Sequence record: OR805295.1
Reading direction: 5' to 3' (one strand)
Length of the DNA stretch: 64,000 bases
Part shown: positions 46,448 to 56,377 of the stretch, one piece after another
Numbering within the stretch: the stretch's first letter is position 1
How the letters are laid out: each line of letters starts with the position of its first letter
Made by a program: the position numbers and the translations under genes
Notes under the pieces: generated by a model
The model's input: the letters and a program-made list of their open reading frames with translations, nothing else
What the model was told of the DNA's origin: nothing
Database searches by the model: none

Positions 46448-48178
46448 ATGCAACATATTGTTAAGTTCATAAAAAATAACAGATTTATTATTTTATTTCT
46501 TGTAATATGCATAACTGGATTTGCGTTAACGATTAATTACAAGCCGACTAGTGTGTCTATAAACACCTTTTTATCAGACGCAACGAGCGGTAAAATAATT
46601 AGTGTTAAATTAAAAGAAGATGGACAAACACTACAGTATGTTACTAATACATCAGACAGAAGAAAAGTAACATTCCCCGGAGATACCAGTAAATTAATAG
46701 AATCATTTCTTAAAGCAGGTGTTCCTGTAGTAACTGAAGAACCTTCTACCCCTAGTCCATTCCTTACTAGTTTGGTGTCTGGACTTATAGTAATGTTAGT
46801 ATTTTTAATTTTAATGGTATTCGTTTTGAAGCGAATGGGTCCTGGTTCTTCATTAGATGCAAAAAGTAAATCCAAACTTCGCAAGATAGAACCAAAAGAC
46901 ATTGAAGTAACGTTTAACGATGTAGCTGGTCATACTCACGAAATAAATGAAGTAAAAGAGTTAGTTGATTTTATTGCTCATCGATCTAAGTATTCTAGCA
47001 TGGGAATAGATGTGCCTCGTGGAATTCTAATGCACGGCAGTCCGGGCGTCGGGAAAACACTTTTAGCAAAGGCAATGGCAAAAGAGGCAAATGTTAATTT
47101 TTTCTATGTTGCTGGATCTGAGTTTAATGATACATTTGTCGGTGTAGGTGCAAACCGTGTAACAGATATGTTTAAAAAAGCAAAGGAAGCTGCGCCGTGC
47201 ATTATTTTCATAGACGAAATTGATGCACTTGCACAACAACGTTCTACTAAAATATCTAATGGGTCAGACCAAACACTCAATCAGTTATTAGTAGAAATGG
47301 ATGGAATGCAAGATAACGATGGTATTACAATTCTTGCAGCTACTAATAGACTAGATATATTAGACCCGGCTGTTATTCGTCCTAAACGATTTGACAGAAT
47401 TGTTCAACTAAGTTTACCCGATGTGGGGATTAGACAGAAGATTTTAGAAATAAATGCAAATGGAAAAACATTTGAAGACAATGTAGATTTTTCAGTAATA
47501 GCAAAAGGAACTCCGGGATTCTCTGGTGCTGAGTTGGCTAAACTAGTCAATGAGGCTGCAATCTATGCAGTGAGGTCTGGACAAACTGTAATTACCCAAG
47601 AGCATATAGAACGAGCAAAAGATAAGGTGTTAATGGGTGAAAATTCGACAAAGAAATATACCCAGGAAGAATTGCTTCGTACTGCATACCATGAAGCCGG
47701 TCATGCAATATCAGGTGTAATTTACAAATCCAATGATAACTTGCATAAAGTATCTATCATTCCTCGAGGTCTAGCACTAGGTGTAACTGTATTTCTTCCT
47801 AACGAAGAGCCTTCTGTTAGCAAAGAGCAGCTCATGAATAAATTAGTTACTTTAATGGCAGGCCGTGCAGCAGAAGAACTCATATACGGTGAGTCTGCAA
47901 TATCCACCGGCGCAAGTTCAGATATAAAGAGAGCAACTGAACTTGCAGTATACATGACTACATCGTGTGGTTTCGGTAGTATAGGACCGGTTGCGACATC
48001 GACCCTGTCTAGTTTGCAATCTAGTGCAGAACAAGATGCAGCAATTCTAGTAAAAGATGCGTACAATAAGGCTATAACATTACTTTCGGATAAAAAGGCT
48101 GAATTAAAACTTGTAGCAGACTTGTTAATGGAAAAAGAAACAATAGATTGTGCAGAAGTAGAACAAGTTCTTGCATAA
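46448..48178 (+). CDS. ftsH: ATP-dependent zinc metalloprotease FtsH
   Basis: Two TM helices, GSPGVGKT, FIDEID, TLNQLLVEMDG, HEAGH, GASSD. Confidence 0.96.
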   Translation: MQHIVKFIKNNRFIILFLVICITGFALTINYKPTSVSINTFLSDATSGKIISVKLKEDGQTLQYVTNTSDRRKVTFPGDTSKLIESFLKAGVPVVTEEPSTPSPFLTSLVSGLIVMLVFLILMVFVLKRMGPGSSLDAKSKSKLRKIEPKDIEVTFNDVAGHTHEINEVKELVDFIAHRSKYSSMGIDVPRGILMHGSPGVGKTLLAKAMAKEANVNFFYVAGSEFNDTFVGVGANRVTDMFKKAKEAAPCIIFIDEIDALAQQRSTKISNGSDQTLNQLLVEMDGMQDNDGITILAATNRLDILDPAVIRPKRFDRIVQLSLPDVGIRQKILEINANGKTFEDNVDFSVIAKGTPGFSGAELAKLVNEAAIYAVRSGQTVITQEHIERAKDKVLMGENSTKKYTQEELLRTAYHEAGHAISGVIYKSNDNLHKVSIIPRGLALGVTVFLPNEEPSVSKEQLMNKLVTLMAGRAAEELIYGESAISTGASSDIKRATELAVYMTTSCGFGSIGPVATSTLSSLQSSAEQDAAILVKDAYNKAITLLSDKKAELKLVADLLMEKETIDCAEVEQVLA

Positions 48179-48205
48179 TATTAAGTAATTAAATAAGGCA
48201 CTATT

Positions 48206-49576
48206 ATGATTCGTACAATTTTAGACGAAATCGGAAATACTACTAAACGAACTACTAAATTAGCTATTCTAGAAAGAAACAAGGATAATGACACATTAAA
48301 AAAAGTAATACATTTGGCATTAAATCCATTTATTAACTTTTATATAAAGAAAATACCAGAATTCACGCGAACAGATACTATTCTTACCTTAGAACAAGCA
48401 CTAACCGAATTATCTGTTCTATCTGATAGAATAAAAACAGGTAATGCTGCAATATTGCATCTAACATATATTCTTTCTAGTTTAACAGATGACGATGCAA
48501 ATGTAATTATTCGGATTATTAGAAAGGATTTACGCGCAGGGATACAAGATGCTACAGTTAATAAAATATGGAAGGATCTAGTACCTAAATATCCGTGCTT
48601 GCTAGCAGAACCTGCAACAGAAAATCTTCTTAGTAAATGTAAATTACCATATTATTCTCAGATAAAATCAGACGGAACTAGAATTAATATTCATGTTAGT
48701 AAATCCGGAATTGTTTCATTTTATGGAAGATCGGGTAAATCATACGATTTTAAAGATATTTTAGATGACGCATTTGTTTCGCTAATTAAATATTTTGACG
48801 AAGATATGGTTTTTGATGGCGAATTAATAGTTGTAGATTCTAATGATAATATACTCCCCAGACGGACAGGAAACGGTATCATAAGTAAAGCACAAAGTGA
48901 TACCATTACAGATAATGAAATAAAGAATGTAAGAGCAATTCTTTGGGATTGTATTCCTCTTAGATGTTTTAATGAACATAAATGCACTACACCCTATTCT
49001 AGTAGATTTAATAGTTTATCGAATGCAATACATAAATTGCAAGTAGATGATGATTATATAGAAAGTAAAATATATAATACTATTTTAGGAAATACAGGGC
49101 AAATTAGGTTAGCAGAAACTCGTCTCCTTTATAGCAAAGAGGAAGTAAAAATCTTCTTCGACGAAGCAATATCTAGAAACGAAGAAGGCATAATGGTAAA
49201 ATGTCCTGATAGTATATGGGAAAATAAACGAAGTAAGTTAGTATTAAAATATAAATCAGAAAAAGTATGCGAATTAATTGTAACTGGGTTTAATTACGGA
49301 ACAGTAGGTACCAAAACAGAACATAAAGTTGGATCATTAATATGTGAAAGTTCAGACGGTAAGGTAATAGTCAACATATCCGGTTTAACTGACAGCGAAC
49401 GCGATGATGCAACAGCAAATTTTGAAAATAAATGGAAACATAGCATAGTGAGTGTTATGTATAATGAAAGAATTAAAAGCGTAGACCGAATGGATATTGA
49501 TTCGCTTTTTCTTCCTAGATTTTTAGAAATAAGAACAGATAAATCTGAAGCAGATTCTAGCAAAGATATAAAATAA
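48206..49576 (+). CDS. lig: ATP-dependent DNA ligase (T4 gp30-like)
   Basis: KSDGTR, FDGEL, EEGIMVK, KYK, SLFLPRF. Confidence 0.93.
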   Translation: MIRTILDEIGNTTKRTTKLAILERNKDNDTLKKVIHLALNPFINFYIKKIPEFTRTDTILTLEQALTELSVLSDRIKTGNAAILHLTYILSSLTDDDANVIIRIIRKDLRAGIQDATVNKIWKDLVPKYPCLLAEPATENLLSKCKLPYYSQIKSDGTRINIHVSKSGIVSFYGRSGKSYDFKDILDDAFVSLIKYFDEDMVFDGELIVVDSNDNILPRRTGNGIISKAQSDTITDNEIKNVRAILWDCIPLRCFNEHKCTTPYSSRFNSLSNAIHKLQVDDDYIESKIYNTILGNTGQIRLAETRLLYSKEEVKIFFDEAISRNEEGIMVKCPDSIWENKRSKLVLKYKSEKVCELIVTGFNYGTVGTKTEHKVGSLICESSDGKVIVNISGLTDSERDDATANFENKWKHSIVSVMYNERIKSVDRMDIDSLFLPRFLEIRTDKSEADSSKDIK

Positions 49577-49585
49577 GGATATTTT

Positions 49586-49747
49586 ATGATAAACGTAGGC
49601 GACGATGTTATTATTAAAACCGAATTTGGCGAGACAAGCGGCATTGTTATAAAATTTATATCTAATAAAACTATTGCTATAGTAGAATTAGAAGACGGCA
49701 ACGAAATAGAAATAGGCAAAGGCGACTTAGAGTTGAGTAATAAATAA
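49586..49747 (+). CDS. 53-aa SH3/KOW-like small protein (absent from the ORF track)
   Basis: AAGGA SD; MINVGDDVIIKTEFGETSGIVIKFISNKTIAIVELEDGNEIEIGKGDLELSNK. Confidence 0.65.
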   Translation: MINVGDDVIIKTEFGETSGIVIKFISNKTIAIVELEDGNEIEIGKGDLELSNK

Positions 49748-49766
49748 TAAAAAAGGATAAATTATT

Positions 49767-50276
49767 ATGACATTACCTTCTTCGGGATCTCTTTCTACAC
49801 AGCAAATTAACGTTGAATTAGGAAATCCACAAGATGCTCGGTTAGATGTAAACGCTGCCGAAATGAGGATATTATGTGGTGCAGCAACTACAGGGCAAGT
49901 AAGTATTGCTGGCGCATATGGTAGAATGCCAACAGGACAATATATATTAACTTCTGCTCAGTTGCAAGCTGCACCGAATGCCCAGTATGGATATAGAGTG
50001 TTTGCAACAGGTTCTAAAATAAACAATATTGTTTTTAAAGGATACAATTTAACTATAGTTGCATGGAATGATTACGATAAAGTACTAGGAATAGGTGTCG
50101 ACCAAACTAATGCACCAACCAACTTAGTAACTAATTTCTGGAGTTCTGTAACCGGTTATTTAGGTGCGCCAACACAATATACTTCAGATTTAGGAGGTAA
50201 TACAGTATACGGATGGACCTGGAATGGTACAAATCCATTCCCTGTATCTTCAGTTCAAATGGTGCAAATTGTGTAA
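49767..50276 (+). CDS. Probable tail-fibre-associated virion protein
   Basis: MTLPSSGSLSTQQINVELG...VSIAGAYG N-terminus; late motif at 49739. Confidence 0.55.
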   Translation: MTLPSSGSLSTQQINVELGNPQDARLDVNAAEMRILCGAATTGQVSIAGAYGRMPTGQYILTSAQLQAAPNAQYGYRVFATGSKINNIVFKGYNLTIVAWNDYDKVLGIGVDQTNAPTNLVTNFWSSVTGYLGAPTQYTSDLGGNTVYGWTWNGTNPFPVSSVQMVQIV

Positions 50277-50278
50277 AA

Positions 50279-50305
50279 TAAAAGGGCATTGAGCCCTTTT
50301 ATTTT
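50279..50305 (+). terminator. Rho-independent terminator
   Basis: AAAGGGC-ATTGA-GCCCTTT-TATTTT. Confidence 0.7.
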
Positions 50306-50372
50306 ATCATAATTGTGTATATATTTTATATATTTGGTGTTATAATGTATACAATAACAAGAGAATATTATA

Positions 50373-51146
50373 ATGACACCACGTTTAAAGGAATTACTAG
50401 AATCACTTATAATTTTAGATACAGAAACTACACATTTAGATACTCGTGTAGCAGAAATAATAGAATTAGGTATAGCGTCTTATACTAACAAATGGACTTA
50501 TAGTAGTGAATTATTTAAACCCAGAGTCAATCATGCGCAAATAACTCCTAAAATAAGTTCTATAACTGGCATAACAGATCGTATGGTAGAAGGAAAACCT
50601 ACTTTTGCTGATGTAGTCGACCAATACAAATCTATTACAAACTGCCAACTAATAGTTGCACACAATGCTCCGTATGATAAAAAGGTACTAGAGAGATATA
50701 ACATAGCATCTAGCACTAATTGGTTGTGTACTTTAAAACTTGCACGATATGCATATCAAACTGATCCTACTTTTGAAGAATTTAAATTATCTTATCTAAG
50801 ATATAAATTAATGTTAGATATTCCTGACGATTTCGTAGCGCATAGAGCAGGAGAAGATGCATATATGTGCGGTGTATTATTAGAACGAATAGTAACCGAT
50901 TTAGAGTCTAAGAATAAATTAGATAGTGATATGCCGTATGCAGATCAACTTATAGAAATATCTAATAAGCCGTTAATGCTTTCGTCTATGCCATTTGGCA
51001 AACATAAAGATAAACCCTTAGATGAAGTTCCGATGGACTATTGGATTTGGGCATTAAATAATTTAGATGCATTAGACGAAACAAAACCCGAATATAATAG
51101 AGACTTAGCGTATACATTAGAACAATATTTGAGCGACAAGATATAA
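50373..51146 (+). CDS. DEDDh 3'-5' exonuclease (DnaQ/ExoX-like) with C-terminal MPFGKH domain
   Basis: LDTETT, HNAPYD, HRAGEDA, MPFGKHK...DYWIW. Confidence 0.88.
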   Translation: MTPRLKELLESLIILDTETTHLDTRVAEIIELGIASYTNKWTYSSELFKPRVNHAQITPKISSITGITDRMVEGKPTFADVVDQYKSITNCQLIVAHNAPYDKKVLERYNIASSTNWLCTLKLARYAYQTDPTFEEFKLSYLRYKLMLDIPDDFVAHRAGEDAYMCGVLLERIVTDLESKNKLDSDMPYADQLIEISNKPLMLSSMPFGKHKDKPLDEVPMDYWIWALNNLDALDETKPEYNRDLAYTLEQYLSDKI

Positions 51147-51170
51147 AAATGCCCCGTACGGGGCATTTTT
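51145..51170. terminator. Bidirectional terminator between convergent genes
   Basis: AAAAATGCCCC-GTAC-GGGGCATTTTT. Confidence 0.85.
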
Positions 51171-51540
51171 ATCTATCCATAATATTTCCAGGACCATATG
51201 GAATATCGTTGTATTGTTTATAACTAGGATCTATTTTTTGGTAAGGCTCAAACGGTAATCCTGCACGTTCTTTTGCCATTTGTAAACCTCTAAAACCGGG
51301 AGATTGTGTATCGTCGTTTTTTGGATGATTATTAAATGGTTTATTGGCAGGATTTTTCGGAATAGTTTTAAATACAGGAGTCGGTCCGTCACCTGTCATA
51401 CCCAAAACAGCATATCTCTTAATCTGTTTTTGATTATTAGTATATAATTCTGGATTGTAAAATGCATCAATGTCAGTGTTTGCAGCACCGTACAATTCTA
51501 TATGTGTTTTATTTTCTAGTATTATTTCTTTTATTTTCAT
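51169..51540 (-). CDS. Hypothetical late protein (MKIKEIILE...)
   Basis: ATG at 51540, 6 nt after GATAAATA on the - strand (51553-51546). Confidence 0.65.
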   Translation of the reverse strand: MKIKEIILENKTHIELYGAANTDIDAFYNPELYTNNQKQIKRYAVLGMTGDGPTPVFKTIPKNPANKPFNNHPKNDDTQSPGFRGLQMAKERAGLPFEPYQKIDPSYKQYNDIPYGPGNIMDR

Positions 51541-51636
51541 AACAATATTTATCATACTAAACTTTAATTATAACTAGACGATGTATAATAACATTGCTAT
51601 TATATACACAACGTAAACAAACACAGGACTTATTAT

Positions 51637-52308
51637 ATGAGCTACAATTATACAGCACAAGGACAATATCCTACCGAAGCTGGTTTGATTCCCATGGTTG
51701 TCGAAAATAACGGCAACGGCGAACGTAGCTGGGATATTTATTCCCGTCTTCTAAAAGAGCGCATTGTTTTTCTTAATGGTCCAGTTCGCGACGAGATGGC
51801 ATCCGTAATTGTTGCCCAGCTTCTTTTCCTCGAATCGGAATCGGCAGAACAGCCCGTTTCGATGTATATTAACTCTCCGGGCGGCAGCGTTACTGCTGGT
51901 TTGTCTATTTATAACACGATGGAATATATTTCGTGTCCCGTTAATACCATCGTGTTAGGCCAAGCATGCAGTATGGGGTCTTTCCTAGCACAAGCAGGTA
52001 CTCCGGGGCATCGTTATGTGTCTAGCGAATCCCGCACTATGATTCATCGAGCCAGCGGCGGCTTCGGGGGATTCGGCGGCACAACTCAACAAGTTGAGTT
52101 AGGAATCGAAGATGCTGTCCGCCATGCGGCAGAACTATCTAAAATTAACAAGCGTCTCACCGAGCTGTATGTCCATCATAACACTGCCGGCAAGACGTTC
52201 GACGAATTTATCGAAATTATGAAATTCGACACATTCCTCTCTGCTCAAGAAGCAGTTGAGTTCGGGTTGGCAGACAAAGTATTCCGCACTAAAGCTGACC
52301 TGAAGTAA
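51637..52308 (+). CDS. clpP: ATP-dependent Clp protease proteolytic subunit
   Basis: [22 protein letters not shown]; catalytic triad ACSMG / MIHR / DTFL. Confidence 0.96.
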   Translation: MSYNYTAQGQYPTEAGLIPMVVENNGNGERSWDIYSRLLKERIVFLNGPVRDEMASVIVAQLLFLESESAEQPVSMYINSPGGSVTAGLSIYNTMEYISCPVNTIVLGQACSMGSFLAQAGTPGHRYVSSESRTMIHRASGGFGGFGGTTQQVELGIEDAVRHAAELSKINKRLTELYVHHNTAGKTFDEFIEIMKFDTFLSAQEAVEFGLADKVFRTKADLK

Positions 52309-52334
52309 CTATTCACTGTAGCTGGTGATAATTT

Positions 52335-52360
52335 AAGGGGACTTCGGTCCCCTTTTTTTT
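52335..52360 (+). terminator. Rho-independent terminator (UUCG loop)
   Basis: AAGGGGAC-TTCG-GTCCCCTT-TTTTTT. Confidence 0.9.
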
Positions 52361-52433
52361 GCTTGAGCATTATTTGTTTAAGGCAATTTAAATAACACTA
52401 TATAAATGTCGTGTGTAGTGTTTTAAATGCATT

Positions 52434-52460
52434 AAAAACCCCGCATTATGCGGGGTTTTT
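52434..52460. terminator. Bidirectional terminator
   Basis: AAAAACCCCGCA-TTA-TGCGGGGTTTTT. Confidence 0.85.
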
Positions 52461-52518
52461 AGTAATTGTGTTACAGCACAAACACATAAACATTATACGC
52501 TAAATTGTGTTAAAAATG

Positions 52519-52749
52519 CTACTCGTCTATGTAATATTTAATGCGTTGAAATACCAACTCATCATATTCTTTAAATCTTACACGGGTTCCTAGCCTAACA
52601 CATTTGTTTATTCCGAGCTCTGCTACTACATCTATAGCATCTTTTATATTTTTAAACTGTAATTGGTTGTTTTCCCAAGAATTCCAGTTTGTAATATATG
52701 TTTTTGCATGCATATAAGATTCGCCGTATGTTTTTTGCTCTTCAGACAT
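52519..52749 (-). CDS. Hypothetical protein
   Basis: 76-aa minus-strand ORF with AGGA SD, ending before the terminator. Confidence 0.6.
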   Translation of the reverse strand: MSEEQKTYGESYMHAKTYITNWNSWENNQLQFKNIKDAIDVVAELGINKCVRLGTRVRFKEYDELVFQRIKYYIDE

Positions 52750-52836
52750 TGTATTTTCCTATATATTAAACGAAAACAACTTGCTTTTGTATAAAATTAT
52801 GTTATAATTCTAGCATAATAAAAAGGAGTAAGTCAA

Positions 52837-53094
52837 ATGGATTTTAGTAATCTTCCTAAGAAACAATACACCACTACAGGAAACTATGTACAGGCTACTA
52901 CTATTTTTAAAAATAAAAATACAGAATGGACTTTTGTAGATCTAGAACTAGATTTATCTGATATTGTAAATAAATCTTTGGTAATTTGGTGTGATGAAAA
53001 CGTAGAATCTAAATGGACCATGCTCGGCGGATCTAAATTTGGATTCGAAGATGGCTCGGAAGCGCTAATGTTCAAATTACAGTTTGGACTTTAA
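52837..53094 (+). CDS. Small protein of the WCxEN paralog family
   Basis: IWCDEN...FGFEDGSEALMFKL; AAGGAG SD; extended -10 promoter at 52800-08. Confidence 0.7.
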   Translation: MDFSNLPKKQYTTTGNYVQATTIFKNKNTEWTFVDLELDLSDIVNKSLVIWCDENVESKWTMLGGSKFGFEDGSEALMFKLQFGL

Positions 53095-53109
53095 TAGGAG
53101 CTAATAACA

Positions 53110-53310
53110 ATGATGAGCCTAGATGATAAATTGCAAATTATAAATTCTTCTAGTTTAGAAGATTTGTATATTTTCCAAGAAACTTACAGTAAGCTATTAG
53201 AAGATAATAGGTATTGTTATGATAAAGATGTTGAAATACTTTGTTCAACAACTAATGAGCGTATTAGGCAAATCTCACGAGAATTCATCAACAATACTCA
53301 TAGATCCTAA
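53110..53310 (+). CDS. Hypothetical protein
   Basis: AGGAG SD; 66 aa. Confidence 0.55.
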   Translation: MMSLDDKLQIINSSSLEDLYIFQETYSKLLEDNRYCYDKDVEILCSTTNERIRQISREFINNTHRS

Positions 53311-53476
53311 TCCCCACACTGCAGAAACATTACACAAACTTATACTCTGGTGTAATGAAAATTGTAGATATAAATGGGAATTAGATGTAGAACATAATTC
53401 AGGTAAAATTACTAGATATATATTTACTTTTAGAAATAAAGAAGAAGCAGTAACATTTGGATTAATACATAAATGA
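53219..53476 (+). CDS. Small protein of the WCxEN paralog family
   Basis: LWCNEN...FTFRNKEEAVTFGL; true start may be downstream. Confidence 0.6.
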   Translation: MIKMLKYFVQQLMSVLGKSHENSSTILIDPNPHTAETLHKLILWCNENCRYKWELDVEHNSGKITRYIFTFRNKEEAVTFGLIHK

Positions 53477-54507
53477 TTAGAATACCGGAAGAAATTTTTG
53501 TAGGAACTAGAATTCCCAATACATCAGGAACACAAAAAACTAACCAAATTCCTGCAGGTGGAATGTGTCCTTACGAAAAAACAAGACACCAGAAAATGGA
53601 GTCTATAAATAGATATTATAAAAATAGCACTACTGTATACGCAAACCAGCCCTTGCCGGGATTTACTATAATTAAATCATCAACTTGGCGAGGAAATACT
53701 AGTCTGTGGACTGTATGTGATCCTAGAGGGTTTACAATAGAGATAAGCTCAAACAACATTACTTCTATTCTAAGTTGTGGCAGCATCTCAGAAGGATTAA
53801 TCCAAGACAAATGTGTGTGGGGATATGATTCTGGCGAAAACGTGTTAATACCAGAATCGTCTAGTCTATATAAATCTGCCAGAGAAAATACTAAACTATT
53901 AGAGTCGAAAATTAAATTATCCGAAGTTCCTATAGGATCTTGGGTGAAATTAAAATCTAAAGTAGAGTGCGTATATCTAGGATCATTTAATTTTATAGAA
54001 CTTTGCGGACAATATTATTATCAAACTAAGAGTCATTCATATGAATTACTATCTACTGCAAAGAAAAAATTGCTCTTTGCAAAAATAGATAATATTAATA
54101 ATACATTAACATATTTTATAGAATCTACAAATAAGATTGCAACTGTAGGTAATGTATTAGATGAGTTTAGTGACAAAGATGTAAATAGGGATAATTTTAA
54201 TAAAATTGCATCAGATCAATACACTAAACTAGACAAATACGATTGTATTGTGCCTTTTAATATCTTTGGTGCATTTAACAAAAAAGTAGAAATAGAAAAT
54301 GTAAATGTATCTAGTGATATAGACGAACATGCATATTCTATAAAATTAATGTACCACGTAATGGGACATTTTACACTTGGTAGACGCAATTATAATTATT
54401 ATATATTTAAACCGGATGGCACGCATAAATTATCTGTAGAATGGAATTCTAGAAATCCATTGCCAAGTACAACAGAACACGGATATTTGAATATTAAATT
54501 TAAATAA
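53473..54507 (+). CDS. Conserved phage hypothetical protein
   Basis: DPRGFTIEIS...GLIQDKCVWG...NVLIP. Confidence 0.65.
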   Translation: MIRIPEEIFVGTRIPNTSGTQKTNQIPAGGMCPYEKTRHQKMESINRYYKNSTTVYANQPLPGFTIIKSSTWRGNTSLWTVCDPRGFTIEISSNNITSILSCGSISEGLIQDKCVWGYDSGENVLIPESSSLYKSARENTKLLESKIKLSEVPIGSWVKLKSKVECVYLGSFNFIELCGQYYYQTKSHSYELLSTAKKKLLFAKIDNINNTLTYFIESTNKIATVGNVLDEFSDKDVNRDNFNKIASDQYTKLDKYDCIVPFNIFGAFNKKVEIENVNVSSDIDEHAYSIKLMYHVMGHFTLGRRNYNYYIFKPDGTHKLSVEWNSRNPLPSTTEHGYLNIKFK

Positions 54508-54983
54508 TGAACATATTAGATAAAAAATGGAAAACCAGGTTAATAGAATTAACTAAATTAATAGCGTCTTGGTCTAAAGATCCATCTACTAAAACGGGTG
54601 CATTAATTGTAACTAAAACCGGAGAACCTGTTAGTTTTGGGTTTAATGGGTTTCCGAAGGGAGTAGATGACGACGAATCTCTTTATAATAATAGAGAGTT
54701 TAAGTTATTAGCGTGCGAGCACGCAGAACGAAATGCAATATATCAAGCCACTGTATCATTAAAAGGATGTGTTTTATATACAACTCATCATCCGTGTGCA
54801 TCTTGTGCAAGGGCTATTATTCAGTCCGGTATAACACATGTTATAATAGACGAATCTATATTAATACAAGACACTGGATATAATGACCGATGGACAGAAG
54901 AATTAAAAGTATCTAAATGGCTATTTAATCAAGCAAACGTAACAGTATTAACGTCAGGGGATGACAATGAGCACAAACAATAA
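54507..54983 (+). CDS. dCMP deaminase
   Basis: SKDPSTKTGA, GFNGFP, HAERNAI, PCASCARAII. Confidence 0.93.
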   Translation: MNILDKKWKTRLIELTKLIASWSKDPSTKTGALIVTKTGEPVSFGFNGFPKGVDDDESLYNNREFKLLACEHAERNAIYQATVSLKGCVLYTTHHPCASCARAIIQSGITHVIIDESILIQDTGYNDRWTEELKVSKWLFNQANVTVLTSGDDNEHKQ

Positions 54984-55368
54984 TTATACTAAATTTGTAC
55001 AGAAACTACTTAGTGAACCGAGTTCTAATTTCGATGCATATATTGATGCACTAAAAAAGCTCAAAGCAAATGGCTGTAAGATAGAAACATTAGATACTGC
55101 AAGCCAGGGTATGCTAGCAGAATCGGGTGAATTTGGGGAAATTGTTAAGAAACTTAAATATCAAGGAAAAGAATATACAGATGATGTGGTATATCATCTA
55201 AAACGAGAATTAGGCGACGTAATGTTCTATGTTGTTTCGGCTTGTATTGCACTCGATATTTCCCTAGATGAAATAATCGGCATGAACGTGGAAAAACTAG
55301 AGGCACGGTATCCGGGAGGAAAATTTAATGTCTATGAATCCGAAGTTCGGAAAGAATCCGATATATAA
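54961..55368 (+). CDS. mazG: MazG-like NTP pyrophosphohydrolase
   Basis: AESGEFGEIVKK...ELGDVMFY...NVEKLEARYP. Confidence 0.88.
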   Translation: MTMSTNNNYTKFVQKLLSEPSSNFDAYIDALKKLKANGCKIETLDTASQGMLAESGEFGEIVKKLKYQGKEYTDDVVYHLKRELGDVMFYVVSACIALDISLDEIIGMNVEKLEARYPGGKFNVYESEVRKESDI

Positions 55369-55765
55369 CAATATTTATAAAGATATAAGTGGTCAAAGCG
55401 ACGTATCTAGTGATCCATTTAAATTATATAATAATCCGTTAATGACTCATTTTGATGTAGCAGAACACATATGTTTTGTCAAAACAGTATGCGGAAGGAT
55501 TGTACCGTTATGCAATATATTAGAACTTTCTGAAAAAGTTACAGTAGATTGCGACGTAGGAATTGTGGATATAATCTCAGATAACCAAGCGCAGCTTTAT
55601 ATAAATTGCAAAACACAGGGAGGATCTGCATGGTATGGTGTTGATGTGTCACCTGATAATTATAGAGAATGTTTAGGTGAGGAATTCTATTATCAAAATT
55701 ATGCTATAGTGAAACATGCAATTATCTTGGCTTGGACAAAATATATGTTGCAACATGCGCAGTAA
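55328..55765 (+). CDS. Hypothetical protein
   Basis: 145-aa ORF; start uncertain. Confidence 0.5.
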   Translation: MSMNPKFGKNPIYNNIYKDISGQSDVSSDPFKLYNNPLMTHFDVAEHICFVKTVCGRIVPLCNILELSEKVTVDCDVGIVDIISDNQAQLYINCKTQGGSAWYGVDVSPDNYRECLGEEFYYQNYAIVKHAIILAWTKYMLQHAQ

Positions 55766-55812
55766 TAATATATTATAAGTACAAATCAACATAACTACCG
55801 GGTATCAACGCA

Positions 55813-56082
55813 ATGTCTACGAACAGCAACGCCAAGGATGTTAAGTTCGAAATCGACTTCGACGACGTTGAGCAGTTTAATAAATTTGTTTCTTTTATGA
55901 ACAGTCAGTTTGGTCATGGTAGAAAAAATTGGTCGGCAGGATCGCCGCGGTATTCTATTAAACGGATTCTCTCGCAGCGTTCTGCCCGGTTTGTTAGAAC
56001 TAAAAAGCCGTTTCCGGTTCGTGTGTACAATACCGACATGGATGCTGAACATATTCTTGTTCTAATAAAACTTTGTTTATAA
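55813..56082 (+). CDS. Hypothetical protein
   Basis: 89 aa; locally GC-richer. Confidence 0.6.
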   Translation: MSTNSNAKDVKFEIDFDDVEQFNKFVSFMNSQFGHGRKNWSAGSPRYSIKRILSQRSARFVRTKKPFPVRVYNTDMDAEHILVLIKLCL

Positions 56083-56096
56083 TAAAAGGTAAAGGA

Positions 56097-56357
56097 ATGA
56101 AAGTATTAGTCACGGAAGACTCAACAATAATACCACTAAACACAATTGCCGAAGTTAAGTACCAGAAATCCACGGAAGAGTATGTAGTTTCTTTTATATC
56201 TGGAAAAATTAGAATAGAAATTCTAACAAAATATGGGCGTACTCATATAGTAAATTTAAGGGATCAATCGAATATAGATGCATCATTTGCTACTGCTAGT
56301 GATGAAGTTATTTATAAAAAATTTCTAGATTCGTGGATTTTGTCGCTGAAACCTTAG
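56097..56357 (+). CDS. Hypothetical protein
   Basis: ATG at 56097 preferred. Confidence 0.55.
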   Translation: MKVLVTEDSTIIPLNTIAEVKYQKSTEEYVVSFISGKIRIEILTKYGRTHIVNLRDQSNIDASFATASDEVIYKKFLDSWILSLKP

Positions 56358-56377
56358 GCAACTTTTTGAAAAGAAAG

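Noticed and set aside
52309-52518. tRNA or structured ncRNA in the largest intergenic gap
   Set aside because: Only two terminators and one weak AU/GU-rich hairpin; no cloverleaf or TTC-loop motif.
53110-53476. Programmed frameshift joining the overlapping ORFs 53110 and 53219
   Set aside because: No clear slippery heptamer with downstream structure; a later start for the second ORF explains most of the overlap.
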